Source of the DNA: an uncultured Bacillota bacterium
Lineage (GTDB): Bacteria; Sysuimicrobiota; Sysuimicrobiia; Sysuimicrobiales; Segetimicrobiaceae
Direction: 5' to 3'
Length of the DNA stretch: 64,000 bases
Assembly: GCA_963804645.1 (NCBI GenBank)
Contig: CAWDRG010000005.1
Span: 96,001 to 160,000, forward strand
Both the position numbers and the translations under genes were made by a program. This document shows, in pieces, positions 19,298-29,055 of this stretch (position 1 is its first letter; every line of letters begins with the position of its first letter). The notes below the pieces were generated by a model. The model did no database searches. It was not told the origin of the DNA and saw nothing but the letters and a program-made list of their open reading frames with translations.

Positions 19298-20412
19298 GCG
19301 GCGTCTCCCGCCCCGGCCCACGGAAGGCGGCGCGCCGCGCAATCGGCGGTGTAGCGCGCGATCTGGACGCGCGACACCTCAAACGCCTCATGCGGCCTGG
19401 CATAGTACGTCCGGTACCACTCCACGGTAAACCGTGCGATCTCCTCGAGCGTCAGCACCGTCCGCCACCCGAGCATGTGAAGCGCCTTGTCGCAGGCGAG
19501 TTGCAGGAGGACGTCTTCGCCAACGTTGACCGCCGCGGAATCGATTTCCCAGGCGGCGCCCTCCCACTGACGGCTGATCGTGTCGATCAGTTCGGACACG
19601 GACGCGCTGGCCGGAGGCCCAAAATTGAACGCCTCACCGTGAAAACTCGGCGACGCAAGCAGCGTCGCCCCAAGCCACAGGTAACCGCTCAACGGTTCGA
19701 GCACATGTTGCCACGGCCGCGTGGCGCGCGGGCTGCGAATCCGCGCGACCCGTCCGCCCGACCATGCGCGCACGCAGTCGGGGACGATGCGATCCTGCGC
19801 CCAATCGCCGCCGCCGAGCACGTTGCCCGCACGGGCAGTGGCCAACCGCACACGCCGGCCCGCGAGCAGCGACCGGGCGTAGGCGTGACAGGCCAATTCT
19901 GCGCACGCCTTGGACGCACTGTACGGACTCTGGCCTCCGAGCCGATCGGTCTCGCGATATCCCCAGGGCCACCCCATGTTCTCATAGCACTTGTCGCTCG
20001 TGACGATGACCGCCGCCGCGACCGCGTCGGACTCCCGGAGACATTCCAACATGTTCACGGTCCCCCCGACGTTCGTCTCAAACGTCGTTATGGGATCCTC
20101 GAGCGACCGCCGCACGAGCGGTTGGGCCGCGAGATGGAACACGACCTCGGGGCGGTGCTCCGCGAACACCGCGCGGAGGTGCTTCAGGTCGCGGATATCT
20201 CCGGTCACGTCGACAACCCGGCTCGCGAGCCCGCACGCGTCAAAGTGACTGGGGACGGACGGCTGATACGCGGAGTAGCCGACGACGCGGGCCCCCAACT
20301 CGAGCAACCACGTCGCCAGCCACGAGCCCTTGAAGCCCGTGTGTCCGGTGATCAGGACTGTCTTGCCGCGGTATGCGCCGCCGAACGTGGTCGCGGCCGC
20401 GACCGACCCCAT
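19294..20412 (-). CDS. rfbG: CDP-glucose 4,6-dehydratase
   Basis: ITGHTGFKGSWL, HLAAQPLVR, TSDKCYEN, YSASK, RAGNVLGGGDW, RPWQHVLEPLSGY. Confidence 0.96.
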   Translation of the reverse strand: MGSVAAATTFGGAYRGKTVLITGHTGFKGSWLATWLLELGARVVGYSAYQPSVPSHFDACGLASRVVDVTGDIRDLKHLRAVFAEHRPEVVFHLAAQPLVRRSLEDPITTFETNVGGTVNMLECLRESDAVAAAVIVTSDKCYENMGWPWGYRETDRLGGQSPYSASKACAELACHAYARSLLAGRRVRLATARAGNVLGGGDWAQDRIVPDCVRAWSGGRVARIRSPRATRPWQHVLEPLSGYLWLGATLLASPSFHGEAFNFGPPASASVSELIDTISRQWEGAAWEIDSAAVNVGEDVLLQLACDKALHMLGWRTVLTLEEIARFTVEWYRTYYARPHEAFEVSRVQIARYTADCAARRLPWAGAGDAA

Positions 20413-20414
20413 GC

Positions 20415-21212
20415 TCAGCGTCGCGGCAGCGTGGCCGATCGCGACGCCGCCCGCGCCCACGGCGCGTTGCCCGTGGCCCACAGCTTCTCCAGCACCTGCT
20501 TGTCCCGCATCGTATCCATGCACTGCCAGAACCCGTCGTGCTGGAACGCCATCAACTGCCCCTCCCGGGCCAACGTCTCAAGGGGCGTCCCCTCAAGCAC
20601 GGTATCATCCCCATGCAGGTAGTCGAACACGCGCGGTTCAAAGACGAAAAAGCCGCCGTTGATCGCGCCCTCGCCGACCTGCGGCTTCTCTTTGAAGCTC
20701 GCGACCCGCGTGCCATCCAGCACGATTTCCCCGAACCGCGCGACGGGGCGCACCGACGTCACCGTGGCGATCTTCTTGTGCGCCCGGTGAAACTCTAGCA
20801 GCCGTCCGATGTCGACGTCGCTGACGCCGTCTCCGTACGTGAGCATGAACGTCTCGCCGCCCACCACGTCTCGGAGCCGGGCGAGCCGTCCGCCGGTCTG
20901 CACGTGCAGACCTGTGTCCACCAACCGAACGGTCCAGTCGCTGGGCGTGCTGCGGATCGCGCGGACGCTGCCAGTCTTCAGGTCGATCTGAAGGTCACTC
21001 TGATCGTGGTAGTAGTTGAGGAAGTAGTGCTTGATGACCTCACCTTTGTAGCCGAGCGCCACGACAAACTCGCGAAACCCGTGGAAGGCGTAGAGGTTCA
21101 TGATGTGCCACAGCATCGGCTTGTGGCCGATCTCCACCATCGGCTTCGGCAGCACGGTCGTTTCCTCGCTCAACCGAGTGCCGTATCCGCCCGCCAGAAT
21201 CACGACCTGCAA
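20415..21212 (-). CDS. rfbF: Glucose-1-phosphate cytidylyltransferase
   Basis: ILAGGYGTRLSEET, PKPMVEIG, VDTG, TYGDGVSD, FWQCMDTMRD; TTG start after AGGGGG (alternative start 21245). Confidence 0.96.
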   Translation of the reverse strand: MQVVILAGGYGTRLSEETTVLPKPMVEIGHKPMLWHIMNLYAFHGFREFVVALGYKGEVIKHYFLNYYHDQSDLQIDLKTGSVRAIRSTPSDWTVRLVDTGLHVQTGGRLARLRDVVGGETFMLTYGDGVSDVDIGRLLEFHRAHKKIATVTSVRPVARFGEIVLDGTRVASFKEKPQVGEGAINGGFFVFEPRVFDYLHGDDTVLEGTPLETLAREGQLMAFQHDGFWQCMDTMRDKQVLEKLWATGNAPWARAASRSATLPRR

Positions 21213-21310
21213 TCGGATAGCCCCCTCGCCCGCAGCGCTCACCAACCGACAGCATATTCTCCGCCCATCGAAACAGCGCCTCTAAGCGACGGCCGCGGCC
21301 CCGCACCCCC

Positions 21311-23350
21311 TTAGGGACCACCGCCCTCAACCCGTGATCGGGCGGCGCGGCCGAGCTGTTCGAGCGCAGCGAGCGCCCGCGCCGCGCTTGCCCCGTCGTC
21401 CCGAAACAACCCGTAGGCGAGCAGAAACTCCTGATTGGGAGTCGCAACCTCGGCAAACTCCTTCGACTGCAACCGCGCCCGCACCCGAGCGCAAAAGGCG
21501 TCGGGATCCGTCGTCACGTCGGCCCGCTTACGCAGCAGCTCCCGGGCCTCGGGCAGCAGACCGTTGTGACGCCGGTCGGCCAGAATGACGATGGGCTTGG
21601 GCGTCAGCAGCGCCTCCAGCAATCCTGTCGAGGGCATATCGATGACGTGAAGGTCGGACGCCCACAGCAGTTCCGGCAGCGGGACGCGGGTCACGACCGT
21701 ACAGTTCGGGCACCGATCGGCGATCAACCGGATGATCGGATCGGGCTCGAGCATGGGGAACGCCTTATAGATGAAGCGGACCTCGGGAAACTCGCGCATG
21801 AGCTCGACCATCCGCGCCTGCAGCTGAAAATACGGCACGTTCCCGTTGTCTCCACATCCGAGATACCGCCGATACCGCATATACATCGTCGGCACATAGA
21901 CCACCGCGGGCTGTCCCGCGGCCACGCCCAGGCGCCGCCGAAGCGCCGCGACCCGTGGCGCGGAGGGCCCAACGCGAAGACGGTCGAGCCGCGCGGACCC
22001 CACGCTCCGCACCTGCGCGCGTGCGCCGGGATACCGAAACCCGGGGTGTTGATAGTACGCCTCAACACCGGGGCCGTACACGAATCGGTGATCGGAGGCC
22101 CGCAGATCAGTCATCTCGTGCAGCGCGAACGCACAGCTGCCTTCAAACCCCCCATGCTGGTACGTGACGATCGGCACGCCGAGCACGCGGCCGGCGTGCA
22201 GCACGCCGTGATCCACCGCGCTGTAGGGCGAGGACACCAACAGCGCGACCGGCCGGCGCGTGCGAAGGCCGGCGTGCGCACCCGTGAACGCGTTCCATCC
22301 GATGGGAATGACGTGCTGACACCAGTGCCGGAGGCGGGGCTCGGCCACCGGCCACAGGTCCACCCCGACCCACTGAAAGGGACGGCGAATCGCCGGTTCG
22401 GACGCGACCCGCTCCCAGCATCCGGACAACGACGCCGACAGCTCGGGGGGTGCCGGTTCGTCCGCCCGCTGCGCTGAGACCACCTCTGCGAATTCTCGGC
22501 ACTGCCATCCCTGCCGCAGCGCAAACCGCGCCACGAGGGACACGTCGAAGCCCTGCTTGAACACGAGTAAAGAGGCGGTCTTGGCACGGGTCAGGCGACG
22601 CAGCAGACCGGCCGGCCCGAGGGACCGGACGATGCGGAGGCCCGCTTTCTGCCGAGACGACAGCATGCGAACGCCCCGCTGGCGCAGCCCGGTCCCGGAC
22701 GCCGAGCCCCGTTGCGCCGGCTCAGCCGGCAGGCGGGTGAGCGGAATCCCGTAGGCGCCCGCGCACGCCGGAAGAATCGCCGCGTGCACCGAGCGATGAT
22801 CGAAGAACAGCTCCGGCCCAAAGCGGTCGGTCGAGACGTCCTCGATGTACACGACCTCGCGAGGTTGCGCGCCCACAAAGAAGTGGACCAACGCGTAGGC
22901 ACACATCAGCATTTCGTCGCTGAGAATCTTGAGGAAGAATCCGTGCATGCGTGCGGGCTTGAACCCGGCCTCGCCAAACACCGGTACGGACTCGGCCAGC
23001 AGCGCGTCCACCGAGTCCAGCCAGCTCATCTGCAGCGCGAGCACCGGCTCGATGAGTCGGCGAAACACCGCTTCGTCGAAAAACTCCTCCAGCACGACGT
23101 AGGGATGTCCGTCCCGAACACACTGATAGGCAGCCTCGGGGGTCACGGCCACGAGGATGTTTACCCGATGCTGCAGCGACGGTTCCGACAACACGCGTCG
23201 GACATCGTCGGCGCGCACGCAGACCGCGTAGACGGCGTCCCGCGGGAGATCACCGCGCCGGCCAGCATCGGATGCGCCGATGCGCCCGTGCGGCAGGATG
23301 TCGCCGACTACGCCGTTGGGCGCACCCGACGGGCCGGTCGAACCCGTCAC
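21311..23350 (-). CDS. Uncharacterised glycan biosynthesis protein with probable C-terminal GT-B-like fold
   Basis: 679 aa; IVTYQHGG, VGSARLD, SDLHVIDMPSTGLLEALLTPKP; GTGA-coupled to pseG. Confidence 0.62.
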   Translation of the reverse strand: MTGSTGPSGAPNGVVGDILPHGRIGASDAGRRGDLPRDAVYAVCVRADDVRRVLSEPSLQHRVNILVAVTPEAAYQCVRDGHPYVVLEEFFDEAVFRRLIEPVLALQMSWLDSVDALLAESVPVFGEAGFKPARMHGFFLKILSDEMLMCAYALVHFFVGAQPREVVYIEDVSTDRFGPELFFDHRSVHAAILPACAGAYGIPLTRLPAEPAQRGSASGTGLRQRGVRMLSSRQKAGLRIVRSLGPAGLLRRLTRAKTASLLVFKQGFDVSLVARFALRQGWQCREFAEVVSAQRADEPAPPELSASLSGCWERVASEPAIRRPFQWVGVDLWPVAEPRLRHWCQHVIPIGWNAFTGAHAGLRTRRPVALLVSSPYSAVDHGVLHAGRVLGVPIVTYQHGGFEGSCAFALHEMTDLRASDHRFVYGPGVEAYYQHPGFRYPGARAQVRSVGSARLDRLRVGPSAPRVAALRRRLGVAAGQPAVVYVPTMYMRYRRYLGCGDNGNVPYFQLQARMVELMREFPEVRFIYKAFPMLEPDPIIRLIADRCPNCTVVTRVPLPELLWASDLHVIDMPSTGLLEALLTPKPIVILADRRHNGLLPEARELLRKRADVTTDPDAFCARVRARLQSKEFAEVATPNQEFLLAYGLFRDDGASAARALAALEQLGRAARSRVEGGGP

Positions 23351-24927
23351 GGAGCGCCCGCCCTCTTCGCGGACGGGCGCAGGGAGATCAGCACCTCGGC
23401 GACGCGCTCGGCCCCGCAGCCGTCGACCAGTCTGCGCCCGGCGGCCGCCATCGCGGCACGGAGGTCCGGCCGCGGCAGCAGCTCGACAAGAACGTCGCTA
23501 ACCTGGGCGCGAAGCGACGCGTCGTTAGCGCCGCTCACCGCGCGGACCACTCCTGCGTCCGCCATTGCGCGCACGCTCGCGATCTGATTGTCAGCCGCGG
23601 CGACGGCGACCGTCGGAGTTCCCGCCGCGGCAAGCTCGTACATCGTCTGCCCGCCCGCAGAGAGCGCGAGGTCAGCTTCCACCATGAGCTCGCGTACCGA
23701 GGGGGGATCCCGCACCAGTCGGACCGGCCTGGCGCAGCGCGCTGCGGCGGCGTCGACGACCTCCGGATGGGCGAACATTGGCGCGGTGATCGCCGTCACC
23801 ACGCACTGTTCCGGGAGCAGACCCGCCGCCTCGAGCAGAATCGAGAGCAGCCCGCGCGGGTCCGCGCCACCGACCGCGATCAGCACGTTCTGCACCTCTG
23901 GCCGCGGCGCGCGGACAGGCACGTTCCGAAACTCCGGCCGGAGCATGACGTACCGGGGCCCAAGGAGGAACCGGGCGTCGCCCAGGGATCGATACGGCAG
24001 CGTCTCGGCGTGCGCGCCACCGTTGACGACGAGTTGGCACGGAAACGGGTACGCCGCAAGGTCGTCGATCGCCGCGACGACACCGCCGCTGTCACGCAAA
24101 CGCGCCAGGTACTCCGTATCGACGTGATACGAGTCCACGAGGATGTGGGTGGCTCCAACGTGCACCGCGCTGTCGAGCGTGCGGGCGACGTCGTCGGGAC
24201 TGCCGGGGCGCGCCTGCTCCAGCGGTGCGAAGTCAAACCCAAGGGCGGCAATCCTGCGCTCCGCCTCCGGATGGCTGTCGGCGAGGAACGTCGAGGCGAT
24301 GCCGTCGCCCCGCAGCGCCAGCGCGAGCGAGAGACACCGCTGCAGATGCCCCAACCCGCTCGTCGCGGTCGCGTCGACGCGAAACAGGACCGCGCGTGAT
24401 GCCCTCGGCGCCGCGTCCGCGCGGCCCCAGTCGGAATCCCGGCGCCGGCGATACACAAGCACCCAGGCCTCGACGCCGGCGATCTGCGCGGTGCCGTCCA
24501 GCACGAACCCGGCCCGCTCGAACGTCGCGCGAGATCTGGGGTTGTCGGTCTTCACGTGCGCGACGACGCGCCGCACGGGTCCCGTCAGCACCAGGTCCGA
24601 GGCGATGCCAATCGCCACGGTGCCGTAGCCGCGCCCACGCTCCAGCGCATCGACGCCCACGCTGATCTCGGCGCGGTCGTCGTCGAGCGTGAACCGCACG
24701 TAGCCGACGGCCCGGCCATGAGCCAGGATCACGAACATCCGACGCCGCGGGTCGGCCACGGCGCGCGAGAACCAGTCGCGATGCTCTTCGAAGGGGATCT
24801 CGCGCGTCGTGAACGACGCGCCACGCGCCTCGGGGTCGTTCCGCCACTCCCATACCCGCCTGACGTCCTCGAGCGTCGCGGGCCGGACCGCGACCGGACC
24901 GCGCGCCGCGTCCGGCCGTTCAGTCAT
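23347..24927 (-). CDS. pseG: Fusion of PseH-like GNAT N-acetyltransferase and PseG UDP-sugar hydrolase
   Basis: N-terminal WEWRNDP..IPFEEHRDWF..GRGYG; C-terminal FRVDATATSGLGHLQRC, VDSY, LLGPRY, GGADP, SAGGQT, AADNQ, DGCGAERV. Confidence 0.9.
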   Translation of the reverse strand: MTERPDAARGPVAVRPATLEDVRRVWEWRNDPEARGASFTTREIPFEEHRDWFSRAVADPRRRMFVILAHGRAVGYVRFTLDDDRAEISVGVDALERGRGYGTVAIGIASDLVLTGPVRRVVAHVKTDNPRSRATFERAGFVLDGTAQIAGVEAWVLVYRRRRDSDWGRADAAPRASRAVLFRVDATATSGLGHLQRCLSLALALRGDGIASTFLADSHPEAERRIAALGFDFAPLEQARPGSPDDVARTLDSAVHVGATHILVDSYHVDTEYLARLRDSGGVVAAIDDLAAYPFPCQLVVNGGAHAETLPYRSLGDARFLLGPRYVMLRPEFRNVPVRAPRPEVQNVLIAVGGADPRGLLSILLEAAGLLPEQCVVTAITAPMFAHPEVVDAAAARCARPVRLVRDPPSVRELMVEADLALSAGGQTMYELAAAGTPTVAVAAADNQIASVRAMADAGVVRAVSGANDASLRAQVSDVLVELLPRPDLRAAMAAAGRRLVDGCGAERVAEVLISLRPSAKRAGAP

Positions 24928-25969
24928 AGTCGTCCGATGTGATCGCCCGCTCCTGCGGAATATCCCGCCGTGCGCGCCTCCCGAGGATCTCGTCAAACTG
25001 CTTTGGTGGCAGTCCCGCCGGAAGCTTTCCGCAGCGCAGGACCGCGATGTTATCGCGGGTCAGCGCGTCGCCGCGCGCGATCTCGCGCACGGCGAAAATG
25101 CTCCGCCGGGCGAACAGCCGGAGTTCCTCCTCGACCGGGTGCACGACCTTCCGGCCGTCGCCGAGCGCGCGCTCCGTCTCTCGGATCTTCTGGACCATCA
25201 GACGCAGCTCCGCGGGCTCGACAGCGAATCGGTGGTCGACCCCAGGCAGCTCGTTGCTGAGCGTAAAGTGCTTCTCGATGAGGTTCGCACCCACCGCCAC
25301 GGCGGCAAGCGGCCCCACCAGCGGCTCGCGAGAATGATCCGAGAGCCCGACGGGAACTTCGAACGCCGCCTTCATCGCAGGAATGGTGCGCACGTTCAGC
25401 GACTCGAGCGGCGCCGGATACGCGGCGGTGCACTGCATCAAGATCAGCCCGTGGTGCCGCGCCGACCGCACGGCATCGACGGTCTCGGCGACCTCCTCCA
25501 GCGTGGCGGCACCGGTCGAGACGATCACCGGCTTGCCCGCGCGCAGCAGGTATCGGATCAACGGCACGTGCGTCAGCTCATACGACGCGATCTTGAACGC
25601 ATCCACAAACGGTGCCAACCGGTCGGCCGATTCCTCGTCAAAGACCGACGCCATGAACAGCATGCCGTGCTCGTGGCAGCGGGCCGCGAGCGCGGGCACC
25701 CACGCATACGGCATCTCCATCTCGGAGATGATGTCGTAGATCGAGCGTCCGACCTTGAGATAATCGCTCATGCCGGCGTGCTTCGGATACAGGCGCTCCG
25801 CGCGGAACACCTGGAACTTGACCGCGTCGACCCCTGCGGCGGCGGCGACGTCGATCAACCGAATCGCCTGAGGCTCGAGCCCGTTGTGATTGCTCCCGGC
25901 CTCCGCGATGAGGAAACAGGGGGCTCCATCGCCGATCGTCCGGTCGCTGATCCGGACCGGTGGAATCAT
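24920..25969 (-). CDS. pseI: Nonulosonic acid synthase (NeuB family), likely pseudaminic acid synthase
   Basis: IAEAGSNHNG, DAVKFQ, KIASYE, GLSDHS, IEKHFT, C-terminal SAF domain RRSIFA. Confidence 0.9.
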   Translation of the reverse strand: MIPPVRISDRTIGDGAPCFLIAEAGSNHNGLEPQAIRLIDVAAAAGVDAVKFQVFRAERLYPKHAGMSDYLKVGRSIYDIISEMEMPYAWVPALAARCHEHGMLFMASVFDEESADRLAPFVDAFKIASYELTHVPLIRYLLRAGKPVIVSTGAATLEEVAETVDAVRSARHHGLILMQCTAAYPAPLESLNVRTIPAMKAAFEVPVGLSDHSREPLVGPLAAVAVGANLIEKHFTLSNELPGVDHRFAVEPAELRLMVQKIRETERALGDGRKVVHPVEEELRLFARRSIFAVREIARGDALTRDNIAVLRCGKLPAGLPPKQFDEILGRRARRDIPQERAITSDDYD

Positions 25970-26188
25970 GCTAGCCTCCCGCACCGAGCCGCTCGGAGGG
26001 GCGCGGAATCGGCCGCCCGCACGGCGCGCGCCATCGGCGATGTTTGGGGACCCGCACCGACCGCGATCGTCCGCCCATCACGTCTCCCTCTCCGGATTCG
26101 CATCGAGGCGAGCACACTACGACGCCGCCCACGGACGCTTCGTCGAGGTGCTGCGATGCCCCTGGGGACAGTCGGGCCGCCGACGACG

Positions 26189-26935
26189 TCAGTCATGCGC
26201 GGGCAAATACTGGGCGTTGAGCGCGGCGACATCCGGATGCGCCTCGAGAAACGCGATGATCTCGTCGGTCGTCACGAGACGCCCCGGCTGGTACAGCGCC
26301 TCGAAGATCCGCCGAAGCAGCAGATAGTCCTCCCAGTAGTCGAGCGTCCAGCGGTACCGCCAGAACCCGCGTGCGGGGTCTTCCACGTTGTAGACGCGCA
26401 GGCCGGCCTCCCAGAAGTACGGGATCGTATGCTCCCGCTGCGGCGGGGTCGTGGCGTGCCGCCACGCCTCTGCGAGGCCCTCCGCAGACAGCACGTCACA
26501 ATCGAGCCCGTCGGGAAACGTCAGCGGGTGGCGATTCGTGACGAGGTCGTACTGCGAAGGGTGCGCCAGAAAAAACCTGACCATTCGGTCGATGAGCCGC
26601 GGGTCGGCCAACGGGCAGTCGGCGGTAATGCGCACGACCACGTCGAGCCGAAACTGCTCTGCCGCCCGGTGATAGCGGTCGAGCACGTCGAGCTCGCTTC
26701 CGCGAAACACCGGGATGCCCCGCGCGTCGCACAGCGCGGCGATGGGGTCGTCCGCCGGCTCCTCTGACGTCGCGACGAGCGCCGCCGTCAACGACGTCGC
26801 GTACGCGAGCCGCTCCATCAGATGGTCGAGCATCGGCTTGCCGGCCGCCTCCAGCAGCACCTTCCCGGGCAGCCGCGTCGAGCGCATGCGCGCCTGGACA
26901 ACCGCGCCCACGCGCGCGGGGGCTCCCTCAGGCAC
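26189..26935 (-). CDS. SpsF-like cytidylyltransferase family protein
   Basis: VQARMRSTRLPGKVL, FRGSELDVLDRY, VRITADCP, REHTIPY, RWTLDYWED. Confidence 0.9.
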   Translation of the reverse strand: MPEGAPARVGAVVQARMRSTRLPGKVLLEAAGKPMLDHLMERLAYATSLTAALVATSEEPADDPIAALCDARGIPVFRGSELDVLDRYHRAAEQFRLDVVVRITADCPLADPRLIDRMVRFFLAHPSQYDLVTNRHPLTFPDGLDCDVLSAEGLAEAWRHATTPPQREHTIPYFWEAGLRVYNVEDPARGFWRYRWTLDYWEDYLLLRRIFEALYQPGRLVTTDEIIAFLEAHPDVAALNAQYLPAHD

Positions 26936-28319
26936 GACAGCAGTCGAGCTGGGCCGCGTCCGGGTGCAGCCGCCCACAGCGGGCCTGCTGGCACCGGTTG
27001 AAGGGTCGGAACACCGGCTTGGGCGCCTCCCCCTCGAATGACTCGTCCACGGTCTCAGTCTCGATCGCCCGCCGGACCTTGCGCATCCCGGCGACGATTG
27101 CATCGAGCGTGCGGTCGAGCTCCTCATCTCCGTGCGAGTAGGTGATCGTCGTCCACGGGATCAGCACCCCGTGGGAAATGACCTCCTCGTGAAACGACGC
27201 GCTCAACGCCGGCCAACCGCGGCCGTCGCCTCGAGTGCAGATGATCTGGGGATTGCAGTCGAACCCGATGATCTGCACGTAGGGCGAGACCCGCTCACGC
27301 TCCGCCGCGCTGCGAATCCCCTCGACGAGCCGCTTCCCGAAACCCCATACGTGTGCGCTGATGTCCACCCGCTGGCACTCCTCCAGGGTGGCGCGGCACG
27401 CCGCGAGGCCGGTCGTTTCGGATCCGTGCGTCTGCGACAGGAGAAACACCCGCTCCTTGTTGTGCCGCAGTCCGCCCGCTTCCATGATGTCACGCTTCCC
27501 TGCCAGCAGCGAGAACGAATAGCCGTTGGAGATCGCCTTTCCGTAGGTCGCCAAATCCGGATAGACGCCCCACAGATGGTGGGCGCCCCGAATGTCGAAC
27601 TTCATCCCGCTGATCATCTCGTCGAAGATGAGCACCGTGCCCTCTTGAGTGGCGAGCGCGCGAAGCTCCTGCAAAAAGTTGTGCTGTGGCGCGTCGTTCT
27701 TGACGGGCTCGAGAATGATGGCGGCGATCTGGCCGGGGTATTGGTCAAACAGCGCGCGGAGGCTCCCCAGGTCGTTGTACCGGAACGGCAACGTCAGTCG
27801 CGACACCTCTTCCGGGACCCCGGCGTTCATGGTGGTCGTCCCGATGAACCAGTCGTGGATGCTGTAGAACGGATGATCCGCGCACTGGGCGATGTATTTT
27901 CGCCCCGTGTAGGCCCGGGCGAGCTTGACCGCCGCGGTCGTGACGTCCGACCCGTTCTTGCCGAACTTCACCATCTCGGCAACCGGCAGCAGGTCCACGA
28001 GATACTCCGCCAGCTCGTACTCAAGAATGCCCGGCCGGGTGAAGTTGGTCCCGAGGTCGATCTGGCGTTTCACCGCCTCGTTCACGGCGGGATAGCTGTG
28101 CCCGAGGATGATGACGCGGTTGCCCATCCCCCAGTCGATATACCGGTTGCCGTCGACGTCCCAGGTGTACGCGCCCAGGGCGCGCGCCATCACCTTGGGG
28201 CCGCGCCACGGAAACTGGTCCTCGCCCTTGCTGTACGTGTGGCTGCCACCCGGAATGAGCCGGTGTAGCTTCTCATTCATCTCGTAGCTTTGAGTGAAGT
28301 TGTCGATCGGGCGCGACAC
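26928..28319 (-). CDS. Class III PLP aminotransferase (glutamate-1-semialdehyde aminomutase-like)
   Basis: PGGSHTYSKG, WDVDGNRYID, FGKNGSD, FDEMISG, YGKAISNG; GGAGGT RBS before GTG 28319. Confidence 0.92.
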   Translation of the reverse strand: MSRPIDNFTQSYEMNEKLHRLIPGGSHTYSKGEDQFPWRGPKVMARALGAYTWDVDGNRYIDWGMGNRVIILGHSYPAVNEAVKRQIDLGTNFTRPGILEYELAEYLVDLLPVAEMVKFGKNGSDVTTAAVKLARAYTGRKYIAQCADHPFYSIHDWFIGTTTMNAGVPEEVSRLTLPFRYNDLGSLRALFDQYPGQIAAIILEPVKNDAPQHNFLQELRALATQEGTVLIFDEMISGMKFDIRGAHHLWGVYPDLATYGKAISNGYSFSLLAGKRDIMEAGGLRHNKERVFLLSQTHGSETTGLAACRATLEECQRVDISAHVWGFGKRLVEGIRSAAERERVSPYVQIIGFDCNPQIICTRGDGRGWPALSASFHEEVISHGVLIPWTTITYSHGDEELDRTLDAIVAGMRKVRRAIETETVDESFEGEAPKPVFRPFNRCQQARCGRLHPDAAQLDCCRA

Positions 28320-28368
28320 GACGCCCACCTCCCTACCGCTCAGGATCGGTCACGAACACGACCGGCGC

Positions 28369-29052
28369 TCACGCCGTGCGGCTCATCAGAAACGCCGCCA
28401 GGTCGAAGTCAAACTGCGTCGCCACGTGCACGCTGCGCTCCTCAGGCGTCTCGTACACGGCGAGGCGTTCGCCAAAGAAGTTCCGGCGCTCGCACAGCGG
28501 GGCGGCGCGGCCGATCTTGATCGATCCGTTCGGCCGCTGGACCGGCGGGAGGAGCGGCCGCTCCAGCATGAACGCGTCCCCGAAGTACATCCGGAACCAG
28601 CCCCCATCTTCGCGCAGCGCCCAGTGAAAATAGTGCGGGTCGACCGGTGTCACCGACACGAGGAAATCGGCGCCGGACTCCACAAATCGCTCCCACGAGC
28701 CCCGCACGTCCCCTGCGCTTCGCAGGGGCGACGACGGCTGGAGACAGACCACCGCGTCGTAGCGGTCCCCGGCCGCCCGCCGTGCCTCAAAGACGTCGAT
28801 GCACACGTCGGTCGAAGAGACCAGATCGTCCGCGAGCGCCGCGGCACGAATGTGCACGTCCGCGCCGCAGTCGCGCGCGATGCGCGCGATCTCCTCGTCC
28901 TCCGTCGAGACGACCACCCGGTCAAACACGTGGCTGGCCGCGGCGGCGTCGATCGAGTAGGCGAGCATCGGCTTGCCTGCCAGCGGGCGAATGTTTTTCA
29001 GCGGAAGCCGCTTCGAACCCCGGCGTGCCGGCACGACGCACAGCGGCCGCAT
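28369..29052 (-). CDS. Acylneuraminate cytidylyltransferase, likely CMP-pseudaminic acid synthetase (PseF-like)
   Basis: VPARRGSKRLPLKNI, VSTED, LQPSSPLR, PNGSI; inside the pse block. Confidence 0.88.
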   Translation of the reverse strand: MRPLCVVPARRGSKRLPLKNIRPLAGKPMLAYSIDAAAASHVFDRVVVSTEDEEIARIARDCGADVHIRAAALADDLVSSTDVCIDVFEARRAAGDRYDAVVCLQPSSPLRSAGDVRGSWERFVESGADFLVSVTPVDPHYFHWALREDGGWFRMYFGDAFMLERPLLPPVQRPNGSIKIGRAAPLCERRNFFGERLAVYETPEERSVHVATQFDFDLAAFLMSRTA

Positions 29053-29055
29053 CGG

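Noticed and set aside
26928..28319. Calling this gene hemL
   Set aside because: Coupled to sugar-nucleotide genes with no tetrapyrrole genes nearby
28330..28345. ops/JUMPstart antitermination element
   Set aside because: Reads AGCGGTAG, not GGCGGTAG, and coincides with an RBS; none seen in the operon leader
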